Source of the DNA: a virus
Virus record (IMG/VR): IMGVR_UViG_3300045988_112980
Reading direction: 5' to 3' (one strand)
Length of the DNA: 52,368 nt
Shown here: positions 51,569 through 52,368 of the stretch, piece by piece
Numbering within the stretch: position 1 is the first letter of the stretch
Layout of the letters: each line of letters opens with the position of its first letter
The notes under the pieces: model-generated
What the model was told of the DNA's origin: nothing
Databases searched by the model: none
Seen by the model: only the letters and a program-made list of their open reading frames with translations
Translations under genes and position numbers: made by a program

Positions 51569-51685
51569 TAAAGCATAGGTGAGAACCGATGTTCGCATTC
51601 GTATTCGAGGGGGTGTTATTCGAGTTCGCATAGGCGAGACCTGCATTCGCACTGTTATTCGCGTTACCGCTGAACAGGACACCAC
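51569..51685 (-). repeat. DGR template repeat (TR)
   Basis: 117 nt, AAC/AAT-rich on the minus strand, homologous to VR1 and VR2. The 86-aa ORF-track entry here is not a gene. Confidence 0.9.
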
Positions 51686-51725
51686 AAGAATGACCCACCT
51701 TTTATTTTGTTATCTCATTGTGTTC

Positions 51726-52094
51726 TCATTCAAAATAATACCTGTTTCCGTTCCCTCTCAAAGTAACCTTTCGGGGAAACTTATTCATTTCTTTGATTTT
51801 CTTCAAGACATAAAGAATATCGGATGAACCCGTGAAAAATTTCTTGGCATCTGATTCCAAACTGTCTTTGGATGGCTTGATTTTTACAAGCGTCTGACCC
51901 TTGACACCCTTAGCCTTGCTGAACCTTGTAGGAACTTCTTCAATGAAATCAACCACCCAAAACGTGGTGTTTACGAGTTTTGATTGTATCGTTTCATCAC
52001 AATTGAAACTCCTGCTGTTTTCATCTCTCGGGATATTAAGGAAAGCGAGGCTTCCGTCATCTTCTTTTGGTATGTTGTTCATTTCTTCAATCAT
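51726..52094 (-). CDS. DGR accessory ORF in the Avd position (not recognisably Avd-like)
   Basis: 122-aa ORF between VR1 and TR with mixed charge and beta-rich-looking segments. Confidence 0.55.
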   Translation of the reverse strand: MIEEMNNIPKEDDGSLAFLNIPRDENSRSFNCDETIQSKLVNTTFWVVDFIEEVPTRFSKAKGVKGQTLVKIKPSKDSLESDAKKFFTGSSDILYVLKKIKEMNKFPRKVTLRGNGNRYYFE

Positions 52095-52118
52095 TGTTTT
52101 ATACTGTTATTATTTGAA

Positions 52119-52141
52119 CCCTGCCCCACAAAGAGGCAGGG
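52119..52141 (-). other. GC-rich hairpin CCCTGCC-N9-GGCAGGG downstream of VR1
   Basis: 7-bp GC stem, 24 nt after the target stop, with no T-tract. Confidence 0.5.
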
Positions 52142-52158
52142 AAAAGGTTATCACTCAA

Positions 52159-52171
52159 AGCGTGTTACGCT
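52159..52171 (-). other. Short hairpin AGCG-TAACA-CGCT, 10 nt downstream of VR1 (the stop codon is in the loop)
   Basis: It shares its core with the VR2-flanking hairpin at 35174..35186. Confidence 0.5.
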
Positions 52172-52368
52172 GGCGTGGGGATAAAGCAAAGGCGAGAACC
52201 GAAGTTCGCACCCGTATTCGAGGGGGCGTGATGCGAGCGCGCACAGGCGAGACCCGCATGCGCACCGTAATCCGCGCCACCGCCGAACAGGACACCACGT
52301 AACACTTCGCCTGAACTTGGTATGTTGGTATAGTGGTAATCACAGAAATAAGTCGTAGAACCGCCCCC
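52165..52368 (-). CDS. DGR variable protein 1, C-terminal part (52270..52368 duplicates 1..99)
   Basis: The frame GEVLRGVLFGGGADYGAHAGLACARSHHAPSNTGANFGSRLCFIPTPA ends at TAA 52167..52165. Confidence 0.85.
   Translation of the reverse strand, partial: GGGSTTYFCDYHYTNIPSSGEVLRGVLFGGGADYGAHAGLACARSHHAPSNTGANFGSRLCFIPTPA
52182..52298 (-). repeat. DGR variable repeat 1 (VR1)
   Basis: Ungapped 117-nt alignment to TR with 19 mismatches, all at TR adenines (19 of 30 A positions changed, 0 of 87 non-A positions). Confidence 0.9.
52270..52368. repeat. Terminal direct repeat, second copy (identical to 1..99)
   Basis: Exact match. Confidence 0.95.

Noticed and set aside
51438-51698. 86-aa ORF (MGHSCGVLFSGNANNSANAGLAYANSNN...)
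   Set aside because: It is simply TR plus the TR-RT spacer read in the VR frame. DGR template repeats are RNA templates, not genes. The Asn-rich stretch reflects AAC/AAT template codons.
51726-52094. Calling the 122-aa ORF Avd
   Set aside because: The position fits, but the sequence does not resemble a basic four-helix-bundle Avd. It is kept as an unclassified accessory candidate.
52155-52343. 62-aa ORF across VR1
   Set aside because: It is in the wrong frame. The frame continuous with 1..1332 ends ...GSRLCFIPTPA at 52165 and matches the TR codon structure.

Overview
The window is one complete, circularly closed temperate siphovirus-type phage genome. Positions 1..99 are identical to 52270..52368, so the unit length is 52269 bp. 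The host is probably a Bacteroidota member (inference), because several operons carry Bacteroides-type TAnnTTTG -7 boxes and the integrase is of the Bacteroides arm-binding type.

Layout:
- Minus strand 13807->1365: morphogenesis genes (scaffold, capsid, connectors, major tail, a G/GT chaperone pair with a -1 frameshift, a 1333-aa tape measure, a Dit-like protein and fibre-like proteins).
- Across the window junction: a diversity-generating retroelement (DGR), ordered target gene with VR1, accessory ORF, TR, spacer, RT.
- After the DGR: a 1220-aa Tal/fibre gene, a lysis cassette (TM protein, amidase, u-spanin-like lipoprotein), a two-gene moron, a tyrosine integrase and a putative attP.
- Plus strand 39502..40694: an immunity module of three paralogous HTH genes.
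- Minus strand 39343->24251: a long early/replication operon (Mor-like and sigma-like regulators, YqaJ exonuclease, SF2 helicase, DUF4373 protein, primase-helicase, SSB-like protein, ParB-methyltransferase, AdoMetDC-like enzyme).
- Minus strand 24254->18431: packaging genes (TerS, TerL, portal, MuF).
- Plus strand 14126..18444: an accessory island that includes higBA.

Main findings:
- The DGR is complete. VR1 differs from TR at 19 positions, and every one is a TR adenine. Its target ORF is missing from the ORF track because it runs off the window edge.
- A second, remote variable region (VR2) lies inside a 200-aa ORF of the early/recombination module, 16.4 kb from the cassette. It has 15 of 15 adenine-specific differences from TR and shares a small downstream hairpin with VR1. 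A DGR-diversified protein encoded among early rather than tail genes is the most unusual feature here.
- Other notable items are a dispersed GTGATTA-N5-TAATCAC regulatory motif at at least 8 intergenic sites, an attenuator-like triple 11-mer leader, a non-canonical tRNA-like element, an AdoMetDC-like gene coupled to the methyltransferase, and a MuF protein with a C-terminal HExxH module.
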